From assembly GCF_009914755.1 (NCBI RefSeq), contig NC_060938.1: a stretch of DNA of 64,000 nt, one strand, 5' to 3'. The notes under the pieces are model-generated. The model worked only from the letters and a program-made list of their open reading frames with translations, was not told the origin of the DNA and ran no database searches. This document shows, piece by piece, positions 19,220-33,830 of the stretch. Position 1 is the stretch's first letter, and every line of letters starts with the position of its first letter. A program made the position numbers and the translations under genes. Source of the DNA: the human T2T-CHM13v2.0 reference genome, Homo sapiens.

Positions 19220-19692
19220 AATGTTTCCTAACTTGATGTGTCGACAGAATTCAGGGGTCTGTGAACTTGGATGGGAAATAAGATTTTCTTTATTTTCACT
19301 GACCCCAAGTTGAAATTTAGCATTTCTGTTCATTATGGCCATAGGCAGTAAACCACAGTAATTCATTTACCTGTGATTTCATTGCCAATAGAAAGCACAG
19401 ATATTTTCGTATTATATTATTTGTTGTTGCAGACATCTCAAGAGTGTTTGTGCTCATCATGTCTTCAGCATTACAGTAGATATTAGACCAACTGCTAAAT
19501 CTTGTTATATAAATCTTGTGCATTCATATTTAAAATTATTTGATACTGTGCGCTTCGATATAATTTCTTTTGAAATCTTATGTTTTTTATTTTATACTTT
19601 TACAAATATTATTCTGAGAAGGGATCTGATCCGTAGGCTTCACTAGACTGCCAAAGAGGATCAAATACAAAAAAAAAAAGGAAGAACACCTG
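19220..19692. mobile_element. hAT-Charlie fossil (Charlie4-like)
   Basis: ttcaggggtctgtgaacttggatggg...attctgagaaggg...ggcttcactagactgccaaag. Confidence 0.6.
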
Positions 19693-19819
19693 TCTTGTCT
19701 AGAATCTTTTCATCCTAAATCATTTTCTTTTCTTCTCTTTTCTTTTTTGAGATATTTCTCTTAAATAAATTATTTTTCCTGTTATAGTCATCTCATCATT
19801 ATATTTTTTTTAACTGTAG

Positions 19820-19923
19820 CTGACTCCACTGGAACCCATTCTCTGTACACAACATACAAAGATTATGAAATTATGTTCCATGTTTCTACCATGCTGCCAT
19901 ACACACCCAACAACAAACAACAG
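19820..19923 (+). CDS. SIPA1L1: Coding exon (104 nt, phase 1->0), RapGAP domain: [35 protein letters not shown]
   Basis: Acceptor ttttttaactgtAG|CT, donor CAG|GTAAGA. Contains the [11 protein letters not shown] RapGAP motif. Too short for the ORF track; translated by hand. Confidence 0.96.
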
Positions 19924-22796
19924 GTAAGAGATCCTCCTGTTATCTGTGTTTTCACCCTTGTTTCATTTCCTCTAGAAGCCTAAGTGGCAAGTTTGTAAAA
20001 TCTTAAACCAGAATTTAGTGTTGCACCTGTCACAGCAGCGGGAAGCTTTGTGCTTTGTGGAAGTAAGGAATAGCAAATGAACTGAAAACAAATGAAGAGA
20101 CACAAATTTTAGGTTAACAGCCAGCTGGATGCCTTTGTGAATTAATCATTTGCTTTTCACCCACGGGGATTGAGGTTTTCATGAAATCTGAGGAACAAGT
20201 TGAAATCATTGGTGATTACATGACTCTGCAGGGTTGCAAAGAACATCCATGAGTGGGTGAAGTTTCATCTCAAGAGGTCAGTGCACAGAATAGGAAAGTT
20301 CTGAGGTTGCATTATAGATTTCAAAGGAGATATAAAATACTAACTTGGAAAAAAGTCAAATGTCAACAGAATGATATTCTTCCTTACCATGTTCATTGGG
20401 AGATAGCAAAGAACATAAATAACAATTGCATATGTGCACATCATACACAGAGCTTCTCTTAAAATGATCTAAAAGCTCAATGCCCAATTACTAAAGTGTA
20501 AGTGAGGTAGTAAAATGTGGAAACTAAGAGGTGACAGATTGTTACAGAGCAAACTGGAAACTGGCACTATTGTTTTAGGGAATATGTGGTAGTTGATTTT
20601 TTAAAATATTTTAAAATAAATAGTAGCAAATTGAAATTTAAAAGAACCAGAGAGCTAACACACACTTCTTTTAAAAGCTATTACAAACTTGAGCAGTCCA
20701 ATTTTACTTCTGACCTTCAAATGGATATGGATTTTTGTTTTTGTCAATTGTTGTGCTAACAGAGCACAGGCCAGCTGCAGAATGAATCACATCCTCTTTC
20801 ACAGAAGTTAACCAAACACTGATCTAATCTAACACTTTATCAGTTTACATTTGATTAAATCACAAATCTAGGTAACAAAGTTTTGCCTTTCATGATTGCC
20901 AGTGTAATAAAAAATAGAGAGCAAAGCAATGAATCAGCTATAAATCTGAAGTAAACCTGTTTTAAGATAAACTCCCTGATCTGTACTTTGTTGATAATTT
21001 GTTTTATGCAAATTCCAGATTTTAGCTCTCTTTGAAAGAAAAACACCATGCTAAGAAAGGCATAATAAACTTATTCTGACCAGTCAGTAGATAAAAAATT
21101 TAAGAACATTAACAAAATGATCCTTAAAGAGAGCATAAAGGCTTATTCTGCCTGATCACTTAGAAGAGAAAGATGAGATTTGTAAGGGTAAAAAATTTAC
21201 TAACAAGATTGGATTGATTATTTGTAACTAAATGAGTTGAAGTGGTAGGCAGAGAAAGTGGGCATTTAAATGGCAGCTCTCTCAATTATTTAATTTTGGA
21301 GTCCAATCAAGGCAAAAATGTTACAGTCTTAAATCAGAATGAGAAAGAAATTGGTACTGCAACATATGAAAAAATTTTCACTCTCTAGCCAAAAAATTTA
21401 TTTTCCTCTATGTAGATTACTTTATGCTTGGAAAAAAAAACCAGGAAAAATGTATCTTTAAAAATTCTTTTGCAAATATTTTTAATAAAATATTTTTCAT
21501 TATATGTAGTATAAGATGGAAAAATGGATTTGTTTCTATTTGGGTCCTTTATTAAGACATTTATTTTTATATGTCAAGCCATATTTTGAAGAATGAATAA
21601 TATTACAGAAAATGACATCATTTATGCAGGAATGGCATAACATGTAGATAAATAGTATTTGTTTTTGGTATGTCCAAGATCTTGAGTAGATTAATAATCT
21701 TTAATTATTGGTATGTTCTGTAGAGCAATCAATACACACCAGCCTTTATTTTCATAACGTCTGTTTGTATATCATATTTAGAAATGAACTCAGAAATAAA
21801 TTGCTTCATTAGAAGACAATTTGGGATGCTTTCAAATTCCTGAGGTTAAAAGTGCATTTCCTGAACATTCTAACTCCCAATTTGCAACCCTAATCTAAAA
21901 GGCTATTATTTCTCCCACCTGGCAGCCAATACTAGATCACTGATTTTACTGGTTTGCAATTTGTATGCCTTAATGTCACCAGAGAATATTTTTTTAAATA
22001 CAAGTTTTGTAAGTACAAGCTTATGTCTAATGGATAGTTTATATAAATGTCACACTTAGTTGTTTTTCTTTTTTAAGAGCCTCCGTACAGTAAGTTTGAG
22101 AAACACAAATTTTGTTTGGTTTTCCTTTACACTATTGAATTAACTGCTGAAAGGCACTGACCTAGGATGATTTGGGGTGCCTGAGTTTGAAAGCCACCCA
22201 TCCAAAACCCAGTGAATGTGAAACAGAGGGTGTCCCTAAGCAGCTTTCATTGCAGTTAAAGAAGCTGTTTAAACCTGAAATTTACCTGCTTTTAATTGTT
22301 GCAACATTCTGGAATATTATTCTTTTCTACATGCCCAGCTTGTGACACAAAACATATATCAGAAAACACCTTAGCCACATTTTCTTTCAATGAGGCCAGT
22401 TAAACCAGAACATAAATTACATTGTAATTATTTCAGCCATTCTCATCTCTAAAAATCTTCCCTGTGGCACGTGTTTTTCTTATGTGAAAATGGAACAACA
22501 CTGTTGTTATAGAAACTGAGGGTTTGGTGATGTTGGGACCTGGCATAATATGCCAGATATTGGGTAGATCTATTTGAATGGCTGTATCTTTTATGCAAAT
22601 TTCAGAATGTTCGTTTCTATGTTCTTCCTTAGAGGGAATAAGGCAGGTGAAAACATTGACAGTACCTGTGTAGATTACCTACCTTCATGTGTACTGATTA
22701 GGAATGGATGTTTTAAATACAGCTATATAAGGGAATTGGGGTGGCGGGGGAAGCAAATGATTGTTATTTATGTTGGTTGCTTATTTTTTCTTGTAG

Positions 22797-22954
22797 CTCC
22801 TGAGGAAGCGGCACATTGGAAATGATATCGTAACAATTGTTTTCCAAGAGCCTGGAGCACAGCCATTCAGCCCAAAAAACATCCGATCCCACTTCCAGCA
22901 CGTTTTCGTCATCGTCAGGGTGCACAATCCGTGCTCTGACAGTGTCTGTTATAG
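22797..22954 (+). CDS. SIPA1L1: Coding exon (158 nt, phase 0->2), RapGAP catalytic helix: [52 protein letters not shown]
   Basis: Acceptor ttttttcttgtAG|CTC, donor TAT AG|GTGTGT. KRHIGND carries the catalytic Asn (AAT, 22821-22823). Confidence 0.96.
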
Positions 22955-23859
22955 GTGTGTATGGGTGTCACAGCAGGGGCTCTGTGGATGTTGGCTGGTT
23001 ATCGCATAGAGGCCCCATTCAGCTCTGCATTCTAAAGTGGCAATGGGAAGTCTATTACTATTTCTTTTTGTCTTTAAACCATGCATGCGGATGGCTGAAT
23101 TCACATGATGATGTAATCTGGTGGCATTGACATTACCCAAGCATGTTGGTTAGACACCTGCCGTTTCCATTTGCACCTCCTTCTTAGGTGATGTCCTTCA
23201 TCCATACCATCTGGTCACCAACCAACTAATTACTCATATTGCTAATTATATTTTTCTTTTGGCATGGCAAGAGCAGAGAAGAACGATTATAATAAATAGG
23301 GAAGAGAAGTTAATTTTTTGAAAAGCATTGTTATTAAAGAAGCCTAAATCCTTGCCTCTGACTTACTTGATTCACGTTAGCACTCTGACTACAAGCTTAG
23401 AAACGCTTCTATACTTTATTTAGCATTATTGAAATTGTTTCAGTGTTACTTGTTGACGTAGTCACATGAGTATCAGAATTCAGGCCTCTATCTGCAGAGA
23501 CCTTTCTTGTAAGAATACTAGAGTTAGGAGTTGAAGGAGATAGGGACCTGTCACGCTAGCTCGATAGGGGTGTAGTGCCAGAATGTGTAAGGGTAATGTT
23601 CTGGCATTTGTAAGATGTTTTTAATGTGCATCAGTTCCTTTCAAAATATGGACATTTGGCGTATCTTTCCATCCCTAAAAAATGTTACCTGCATAGAAAG
23701 TGACCTGTGCACATTGACAGTTTGTGAGATCCACAATTGTATATTTCTAGGAGTAAGGCAGATTAATTCTAGGAGTAGAGTAAGCGTAGCTTAGGGAAAA
23801 AAAACAAGTAGAGGTTATGTTGGTCTCCTGCTGGCTGTCACCATCCTTGCACATATCCT

Positions 23860-24100
23860 AATAACTGCATTGGTTGAGCTCTTGTTATAAGCCCCAAACT
23901 ATTCTAGACATCTTACATGTATATCCCATTTAATCTTTAAAACCTATGAGGTAGGTACTGCTTTTATCTCCATTTTCAGATGATGAAATTTCAGCCAGGT
24001 CACTTGCCTCAGGTTAGCTGGCTAGTGTTGAGCAGAATTAGACAGGAATGCAGTCAGTTTGATTCTAGAGCCCAGTCTCTTAACCACGCTGCTATGCCGC
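23860..24100 (-). mobile_element. MIR
   Basis: catttaatct...cctatgaggtaggtactg...tccattttcagatgatgaaa...gattctagagccc. Confidence 0.8.
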
Positions 24101-24545
24101 CTCTCTTACATGCTGGGAAAGCTGGGTTTTTCACTCCGAGCTCCCAACACAGAGGCTGTTCCAGAACTTTTCAGGTGCTGAGCCTAGGTGAACACCCAAG
24201 ACCAGGGAGGTCTGTAGTTTCCTAGGGTTGGGGCAGAACCCCCAACAATGAAGACCTAGATCTGAAACCTCTTATCAAGGAAATGGTGTCTGAGAGCTGC
24301 TCTGGTTAGTTGTAGAATGAAAGCACAGAACAATTGACTATAATTGGGATGGATAACTATTTGCATTTAGAAAATACTCTGAGCAGTTAAAACATGCTAT
24401 GTACTAGATTCATGCAAAGGATTTCATACCACTTGACAGGTAGAAAGTTAAGCCCATTTTGAATGGGCACTTCAAAGTTTGGGGAGTGGAAAGCTATGCA
24501 GTTTCTTTTAAAGAGAGTTTCTTCTTTTCAAGCCTTTGTCTGAAT

Positions 24546-25086
24546 CAGTACCGTCCAATGGGACTATAATGCAAGCTACATATTAATTTTACATTTTTTA
24601 ATAGCCAGATTTTTTTAAAAAGTGCCAAGATATAGATGAAATTAATGTTGACACTGTTTTTGACCAATTTATACATTTTATTTACTCAGTATATCTAAAT
24701 ATTATTTCAACATGAATTAACATGTGATTTCAGCATTTAACAATTATTGTGACATCTTACATGGTTTTTTGGACTAAGTCTTTGTAACCTGAAGTACATT
24801 TTAGACTTACCGCATATCTCAATTAGAATGCTAAATTTTCATTGGTGATACTTGATGTATATTTAGATTTCATAAAATTTATAATGAAAAGGTAGATTTA
24901 ATATACCTAGATTCTTCCAAATGGACTTTTAAAAATCTTTAAAATAACAGAATTAAGTATCCATTTTTAAATCATATATTAATTAAAATTTAATATAATT
25001 TGATATTCCTTGGTCACACTAGACACATTTCAAGTGCTCAATAGCCACAGCTGGCTGTGGCCACTGTAATGAACCACACAAGTCTA
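24546..25086. mobile_element. hAT fossil (MER33/Charlie5-like)
   Basis: gtccaat...ataatgcaagctacat ... gtcacactagacacatttcaagtgctcaatagccaca. Confidence 0.7.
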
Positions 25087-25886
25087 AACAGACTGCTCAG
25101 GGAGGTATGTTCTCCTTCTTCAGTGCTTTGTTTTTTTATTTTTATCATCCCTCCCCTGAAAATTAGGATTTTTGCTTTCTCTCTCTTATTTTTAATCTGT
25201 TGCCTGGAGAGCCCACCGTTTGAACCCCATCATTTAATGCTAGAAGTCTTTGCGGGAAGTGGGATACTGAACACCCCTGCTCAAGACATGTGGGCAGGTC
25301 TGGAATTTCCTAGTTACCAGGCTTGTTTGAAGGCCCAACACACAGCTTTTAAGCTGTGAATTTTGGCCTGTTTATAAATCCAAGAAAACATTAGTTTGTA
25401 ACATCACTGAAAGAAATCACAAGAGATTATAGAGCAGTGACCTATGCCTATTGCAAACTTTAAAGATCAATAATTTTTTGCCATCCTTCTCAAAAGAGGC
25501 AGGCACACCTCCTCAGGTATGTGGTGATGTCAGGAAGTGTTTGAAGACACAGAATAAACAGGACACCTTTCTTCAAGCCTTTAATGTTGGGGGGAGGCAG
25601 GGTAAGGACGAGCTTATTTTCTCATGAAAATAAATGTATTATGAGGTAGAATGGAAAATATCAGTTTTCAGATAAAACATGGGTCTTCAAAGAATTTCTA
25701 CACCTGTGAATTTTTCTCAAGCCCCAGCCACTCCCCGAACTACTAGGGATATGAATTTATAGGCCTGTTTTATTAGGGGTGGTTTGGTGGAAAAACTTAG
25801 ACATGGGTTGATTTATACTCATTTTATTTAAATCTAATTTAATTTTATCCCTAAGTGATATAGCTAGAGTAACTCAAATGCTTTTT

Positions 25887-26164
25887 TAAAGTTTTTTTAA
25901 TTTTTAAATTTTTGTGGGTACATAGTAGGTGTATATATTTTTGGGTTACATGAGATATTTTTATATAGGCATGCAGTGCATAATAATCACACCAGGGTAA
26001 ATGGGGTATCCATCACCCCAAGCATTTATCCTTTGTGTTACAGACAATCTAGTTATACTCTTTTAGTTATTTTTAAACGTGCAATTAAATTATTTTTAGC
26101 TATAGTCACCCTGTTGTGCTAGCAAATAACTAGGTCATATTCATTCTTTCTATTTTTTGTACCC
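25887..26164 (-). mobile_element. Short 5'-truncated L1MA 3' end
   Basis: ttttgtgggtacatagtaggtgtatatattt...ggggtatccatcacc; TSD caa(a/g)tgcttttt. Confidence 0.85.
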
Positions 26165-27186
26165 CAAGTGCTTTTTAGCATTTAAAACCTCTTGGTCCCA
26201 ACTTTCTCCACCATGAACACACATATTTATTTACTTACACCTACCTGGTATCTGAACTGTGGAAAGGGGAGAAGTTTCCTTGAAAGAGTGTCTTGCAGTA
26301 ATAGTGTGGAGAGGTGTGGGGTCATTACAGGCTGAAGTTATATGGATATTTATGAGAAGATGGGATTTGATGTGTGTGTTAAAGCATAGCTGGATGGAAT
26401 TCAATGGGAAAAAGAGAAACCATTCTAGGAGTGGTCAGTGGAAAGGACAGAAGCCTAGAAATGGGAAGGAGGATGGAAAGTACAATAAAAAGGCCTACTA
26501 ATGCAGAAAAGATGACCAGGCAGTAGAGGCCTCCAGAATGCTAGGCCATCAATTCAACACTACATAAGTAGAATTCCAGGAAAAATTATCCAGTGTTACC
26601 ATGCTAGGTAATTTGTACACAGAAAGATAAATTTGGAGACTGTCATTATCCATTTATTTTTCATTAGTTCTTTATCCAGCCCTTAGCATATATGTGCTAG
26701 ACACTACTCTGGACCCTGGGATATAACATGAGAACAAAGAGAGAAAAATCCCTATAGTGGATCTAGACATGAGATCTCAAAATAATGTGGTATTATACCT
26801 CCCTGGGGACTAGAAAGCTTATATAGGAATAACTGACTAATTCAGACTAATTCCAGAGGCCAGTTAATGTGAGTCATCATGTAGCCAAGAACTCAGAAAT
26901 CAGTCACTAAGTCTGCATACTAAAGCTTATCCCATAACTGATGAGAGCCCTCCAGTCTCTATTGTTTTATTTGTATCGTTGCAGTGACCTTAATTATCTG
27001 ATCCCAGTTGATAGAGAAGATTAGAAGCAAAAAAAAGAAGAAGGAGCTGTTAATAGCGAGTATATACTGGAAACAAATACTTGTTTATTGATAGAAGAGA
27101 TGCTGAAAAACTATTCACATCAAAGATATGAATTCAATAAGCATAGCAATCTGGGGCCATTTGATTTTGGGGCAAACAGCCAAATA

Positions 27187-27482
27187 TAGTAGTTCCTCCT
27201 TATCTGTTGGGGATATATTCCAAGACCCCCAGAGGATGCCCGAAACCATGGATAGTGCCTACCCCTATATATACTATGTTTGTTCCTATATGATAACGTT
27301 TAATTTCTAAATTAGGCACAGTAATATATTAACAGTAATTAATAAAATATAACAGTTATAACAATATACTTTAATAATAGTTATATGAATGTGGTCTCTC
27401 TCTCAAAATACCTCACTGTACTATACCACGGCTAACTGAAACCACAGAAAGTTAAAACCATAGATAAGGGGGAACTATTGTG
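27187..27482. mobile_element. MER2 (Tigger MITE)
   Basis: TIRs tagtagttcctccttatct ... agataagggggaactattg; internal ccaagacccccag...gaaaccatggatagt. Confidence 0.85.
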
Positions 27483-27489
27483 TGCTTCA

Positions 27490-28030
27490 GTCACTCCTGA
27501 GGGCTTCACTGTGGAAACACAGTGTAAGATAATACCATTTTTCAACAACTACAGAATTAATGGATTTAAGCATTGATCATCAAAGGATGCAAATACTATA
27601 AAAAGAGACAAATATGTGCCTCATAATGGAAGAATACAACCTCACCTATGAATTATTTTTGCTACCCCCTAAAAAAAATTAAATCTGAATCTGATCAAGC
27701 TTCCAGAAAAGCCAATTTATAGGAAATACAAAAGACAGAGGAACATGTTTGTAGTTGACAAAATTCAGACCCTGAATAACTCTGCAGACACAATGCCCCA
27801 TTTCTTCAACAAGTAAGTTGCAAGAAATAGTGAGGAAGTGGAGGGGAATCTACAGAATAAAACATTTTTTAAAGCTAAATTAATTGCAATGTGTGGATCC
27901 TATTTGGATCCCAATTTAGACAAAAAGACTATAAAGAAAATCCTAGGACATCCTAAACAATTGTAAATTGGAACATTGACACACTATTTGATGAAATAAA
28001 AGAGTTGTTATTCATTTTAAAACTAAAATA
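27490..28030 (+). mobile_element. L1MC/ME 3' region remnant
   Basis: aatctgaatctgatcaagc, caatgtgtggatcctatttggatcc. Confidence 0.6.
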
Positions 28031-28439
28031 GTAATAAGTAGTCATAACAAGGACCCTGATTGTTCAAAACAAATATTAAACTGTGGTCAGTAGGTATGTT
28101 TAGGAAGGTAGAAATATGTGTTACTCCTCTCAGAGAGGTTTCCATACCCGGTAATTAAAATGTAATAACTGTTGAAAGGAATCTGTATGATATAGTACAA
28201 AAAGCACTTGGAATTAGACCAAATTGTTAAACAGTGCAGTGGGAAGTTGCTTGACATCCACTTAAAATCCTATTAAGTAAAATGTCTAGCATAGGCAGGG
28301 AGGAAGCGTGATGCATGTCCATTAAATGTCTGTGTTCATCCTCTTTCCTCTCTGTAAAAAAAAAAAAAAAAAAAAAAGAATTTGCAAGCTTCAGCTGAGA
28401 AGAAGAAAAATCCAAGTAGGTCAAGTGATAGAAATTTCT

Positions 28440-28985
28440 TTCAGAAGGTCTATTTCAAGCCTCAATTAATCAGCATCCCTATTGTCCACTGCAGCTGACC
28501 TTTCTAAGACAAGAATCTGATTATGTCATTTATTGTGCTTAAAAGCATTTAGAGGAAAGTTCAGACTTGCAAGCATAGCTTACTGCATGGGGGCTTCAGG
28601 TTTGGCCTCCTGTCTCTCAGTCTCATCTACCAGTCTGCACCCCATGCCTACCTCACTCCTTTGGAGCTACTCACCACTCCCCAGAACAGCATGCTCTGCC
28701 CCTCCGCTCTGCACATGCTGCTCCTCTCACACATTCCCCTTTCCCTCCATCTGATGAATTCCTGCTTTTCTTTTTTCTGAGAAGGCTCCCTGGACCTCCC
28801 AGGACTAAAGTGCCTTTCCTAAGTGCTACCAGTAGCACCCTGTACTTCGCAAGTAGGAGACTCAAATCACTGGCTGTGGCTCCCACCAGACTTTGAGTTT
28901 CTGGAGGGCTGAGCCCGGGACATCTTCAGCCTTGATCCTCAGCAAAGGCAAAGTGCCTAGCACATAGTAGGTACTCAGTGACTGG
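28440..28985 (+). mobile_element. L2 3' remnant
   Basis: aatctgattatgtca...cttaaaa ... agtgcctagcacatagtaggtactcagt. Confidence 0.75.
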
Positions 28986-29270
28986 TGGATCAATACTATT
29001 AGAAATCGAGAGAATGATTGGCACGTGTTTGATCTTTCCTGTCCTTTGCCCAGATCTGCTTTCTTGGAAGCTGCCCTGGCCAGTAATCTGATTCAGGCTC
29101 CAAGAAGAGGAAACTTCCTTCTCCCATTTGATGTTTTCTGTATCACCTTCCTTTTAAATTTTGGGCTGGGGATTGTTGATTATTGCTGTTTTTCCATTGT
29201 GCTTCCAAAGTTCAAATGTCTTATATTTCTCAATTTTTATCCACTAAACTGTTCAGAAGTCTTTGAAACA

Positions 29271-29620
<350 letters not shown>

Positions 29621-32605
29621 TTATTTCATTCAAGCTCTTTGATGCCAACCAATGTTACATGGCCCATATCGAGTAGAAATAGCCTCATCATCTCTTAGGC
29701 CATGTGACCCATGTGAATGGTCCCTTTTAGCAGGCACCTCAGGAGTAGGAGGTTTGAAAGCACTTCCTCAGAGGGAGTAAGTGTGGGCTTGTCGTGGAGC
29801 ACTCTCTTGGCTGTCCAGAAGCTTACATTCCAATCCTGGCTCTCTCTAACAAATCTGGGTAAATCCTTTTACTTCTCTGTATCTGTTCCTGGAGAAGTGA
29901 AGAATTTGTACCAGCTGCTCAACCGGAGGTTCATGAAGATGTCAAACCACAGAATACAAACAAGACACCTTCCTGGTCGCTCAGTGTACCCAAAGATTTT
30001 GGAGTGAGAAGATATTTTTATATGAAAATGAACACAAATATTTTTCAGTAGAATGTAAAATCGAGGTGAATTTTCAAATGAAACCCAAAGATTTTACTGA
30101 AAGAATTTGAGGAACATTGAGTTCTGTTAAGTTCCCTTCCTGTGATAACTTTCCATCACTGTTTTAGCCTCTAGCTCTGTCTGTCTGTCATCTAGATAAC
30201 CCTGCTGAGTAGAACATTCCAGTCCTCAACAATGCTGGGTAAATAAAGCATGGCTATGATTTTAAAGCATGTATTATTTCCAAGAAGACACAGAATTGCC
30301 AACTAGGCTAATATACATACAGCCAAGCAGAGGCCCTTTGGAATCTGCTTTTAAAAATACCAAGAACCGTTTATAATTAATATATCTTAAGTAACTACAT
30401 GCAGCAAACTGAGATTCTAGAAAGGCTTTTTTTCTAAATATTCTGTTTAGCTTAAACCAGGCCTTATTATCAAGAGTTCAGAATTTGTGGCATCTAAATT
30501 AATGAGCTTTTAACCTTGTAGAAACCTTGCCAGTTTGATTTATCCAAAACAAAATCATTTATTTGAAAAGAGCATTCCAGGGTATCATCTTCCTCATCTT
30601 CTGTAAGGATTCTATTTCTGACTATGCGAAGCTGATTTCAGTGCCTGTATCATTTACCTCCCTACCACAGTGAATCATTGAAAATTATATGGTAAGGATT
30701 CAGTTCTTTTCCTCACAGTTCATTATAGCTGTTTCTAATTATTGGTAGGTTTTCAGTGTATGTTTGTCTAAAGTTCTATCAATTAATAAATGGATCTGCA
30801 GAAAGCCAGTTAGTTTAAGGGGCAAGTAGATGGAGGGTGCTTAAAATCACACCCCCTGCTAAACATTTTGCTCTCCTTATTTAAAATAAAATCACAGATA
30901 TTTTCTGAGAAGGAATAACAATTTGAGTGAAATAGCAGATGAGAAGTTGCCAATTTTAAAGTGAAAGATATTAAATATTTCTGGATTCTTACAGGATTCC
31001 ACTTAGAAAAATCTAGCAAACCTGGATTTCAGCATCTTTTGCTTGACTTTAAGAGAAAAATAACACGATCAAATTAAAATTATACAGCTGTCAGCGTTCA
31101 AGTCAGGCAGTTCACAATAGACAAGAAAAATTGCCTTCCTAATACATATTGGTATAATTAAGCCATATGGAAGTCTCTGAATTCTCTCCTCCAGTTAGAA
31201 AATGGAGTGTTGGTTGCCACTGTTCTTTGTCATGAAGTGAACTAGGTAGTCTTTTAAAAATACACTTGTAAAACCAACAGATAGGCCATCCCATGGCATC
31301 TTCTGAGCATGTAGCTTTTCCATTCCACCAGAAATATAATTTGCCTCCTGAGGTTGCTGATTTTTATTTTTCTTATTTTCACAAGAAATAACTATTTCTT
31401 GAAAAACAAAGCTGAATATCTTAAAGCAAACCCTTCCTAAAGAAAAAAAAGTGAAACAGAGCTCTTCAATTTTATTTGAAAGATGCATACTCTCTGATGA
31501 TGCCATTTCTATTCCAAGAGTTCAGAAGAAACCGATTTTTTTATTGTTTCCCTAATACTAAGTATAATTGCATAATTTGTTCACTTTTAATTTGGAAAGA
31601 GCGATCTTCGATGTGTTAGAATCATTTCCAGTCATGTCAAACTTTACTAAAATCTTGGGAAATGATATAAAACACTCAACCTCTCTATTTCTATATCAAC
31701 AACTTCCTTTGTTGTTTTAGGAGAAACTTACTTTTTTTCCTTTTGAGGTTAAAAATAATAAGTTATTACAAATGTTCATATGATCCTTTTCTTAGGCCCA
31801 ATTTTAGGAATATATAGTCAGAAGAAATGACTGGAACAGGCTTTCTTATATCAATCTTGCTTAAAGGAATGGGAGAAGGAAAATATTTTTCTTAGAAATA
31901 GATTATCAGAATAAAATACCAAAAGGACCAAGGAATAGCTCAGTTTAAAAATATGATTTTAAAGCGTTGTTGCTATTACATAAAGATTCTCATACTATTA
32001 CTCAGATTCCAATTTTCATTTTAAAATTATGCTTTTAATCTGGTTGCATAATGCCTCACACTTAGGCCAACAAATACTAGTTAAGTTTTATTGAAATTTA
32101 ATTCATTTCTTTTATGGCATGCATCTTCTGATATTTTCAATGTAAGCTGTCTGCTTATAGCCATCATATCTAAAATGGAGAACACATTTGTGTTCTCACA
32201 GAATGTATGCTTGTTCTGAAAGATGATGTGGTTACAGTAACCTCCCTTGAAAACAGTTAGTAGGTATTTAAAATGTCTTACACAGAATATTACAGTAAAC
32301 CTATTTTTTTTCATGGAGTTTTGGTCAGTTTCCTGTCTGGTAAAAAAAAAGTTAATAGTGTTAGCTTTTGGGATTTTGGGAGGTTTGTTTTTGGCCTAGA
32401 AAAAAAATTATGTTGTGTAAATCCTAAATGCGGTAGAATGAAAAAATATACTCGTATTAAGCAGAAATGTGTGTTGTTTCTCATGGAAAAATAAGCAGCT
32501 ATTTTGTATCTGAGGTACATCTTTGTCTTTGAGAAAGTATATTTTATTCTGATGTTGTGAGACTGAGAAATACTGACGTGGCTCTCTTTGATCTTTGTCT
32601 CTCAG

Positions 32606-33179
32606 TGTGGCTGTTACCAGGTCCAGAGATGTGCCTTCCTTTGGGCCTCCCATTCCTAAAGGGGTCACTTTCCCTAAGTCAAATGTGTTCAGGGACTTCC
32701 TTTTGGCGAAAGTGATTAATGCAGAAAATGCTGCTCATAAATCGGAGAAGTTTCGGGCCATGGCAACTCGGACCCGCCAGGAATACCTGAAAGATCTGGC
32801 AGAAAAGAATGTCACCAACACCCCTATCGACCCTTCTGGCAAGTTTCCGTTCATCTCTCTGGCTTCCAAGAAGAAGGAAAAGTCTAAGCCATATCCAGGA
32901 GCCGAGCTCAGCAGCATGGGGGCCATTGTATGGGCAGTCCGGGCTGAAGACTACAACAAGGCCATGGAACTAGACTGCCTTTTAGGGATCTCCAATGAGT
33001 TCATTGTGCTCATTGAACAGGAAACAAAGAGCGTGGTCTTCAATTGTTCCTGTAGAGATGTGATAGGGTGGACTTCAACTGACACCAGCCTCAAAATCTT
33101 CTATGAACGAGGAGAATGTGTTTCAGTGGGTAGTTTTATTAACATTGAGGAGATCAAAGAGATTGTCAAAAGGTTGCAG
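32606..33179 (+). CDS. SIPA1L1: Coding exon (574 nt, phase 2->0), end of RapGAP domain and following region: [18 protein letters not shown]...[10 protein letters not shown]
   Basis: Acceptor tttgtctctcAG|T, donor CAG|GTGAGT. Lies in ORF 32595..33278; [16 protein letters not shown] is a RapGAP motif. Confidence 0.97.
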
Positions 33180-33383
33180 GTGAGTCTCTCCTTCCTCTTC
33201 CTTACATGCAGTTTCTCTTTCATAAAGTTTTCAATACAGACTAGAGCCAAGTTACTGAACCTTGTGCTCTGTTATTAGCTCCTCTGAAAACTCCCTTGAT
33301 GTGTGAAGCAAACAGAGTTTATCTCATGCTTGTGTTTTCCATGGATGTTTCGGAAAAGTAGAACAAATTGGGGAAGACACATT

Positions 33384-33388
<5 letters not shown>

Positions 33389-33426
<38 letters not shown>
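33389..33426 (+). repeat. (TG)19 microsatellite
   Basis: 38-nt perfect TG run in the 651-nt intron before the PDZ exon. Confidence 0.95.
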
Positions 33427-33429
<3 letters not shown>

Positions 33430-33830
33430 TCATGTTCAAAACCCATTTGCATGTGACCTGTTCCCTGGTGCTGCAGTCCAGTCATCTGGTGGTGGTGTTG
33501 AAAAGAATTGCTTGAGTATCTGCTGCCTTGAATTTTACAAAGGCTAAATGAGTAGCAGTATATGGTTTCTATTTACTGCCAGCTCCCTGTAGGTCTCTGG
33601 TAGAGGTTTCCTTGTAACTTCAGGGAAGCCGTTGAGCTTTTTGGATGCAACAAGTATATTCCTTTTGGCCTAATGAATAGGAGATTAGTGAAGAGGAAAT
33701 AACCAGACTGCTCTTCAGCTGGCAATAAGGTATTCAGAACTAACCCTGCTTGCAATGATTTTCCAGTTCCATGTCCACCACTTAATACCCTATTGCTTTA
33801 AACCACAGTATCTTTTATTTCCTTGTCTAG

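Noticed and set aside
28356-28377. Orphan A22 tract (and T-rich tract at about 55188-55220) as a processed pseudogene tail
   Set aside because: No adjacent retrocopy body or TSD; more likely simple slippage expansion.
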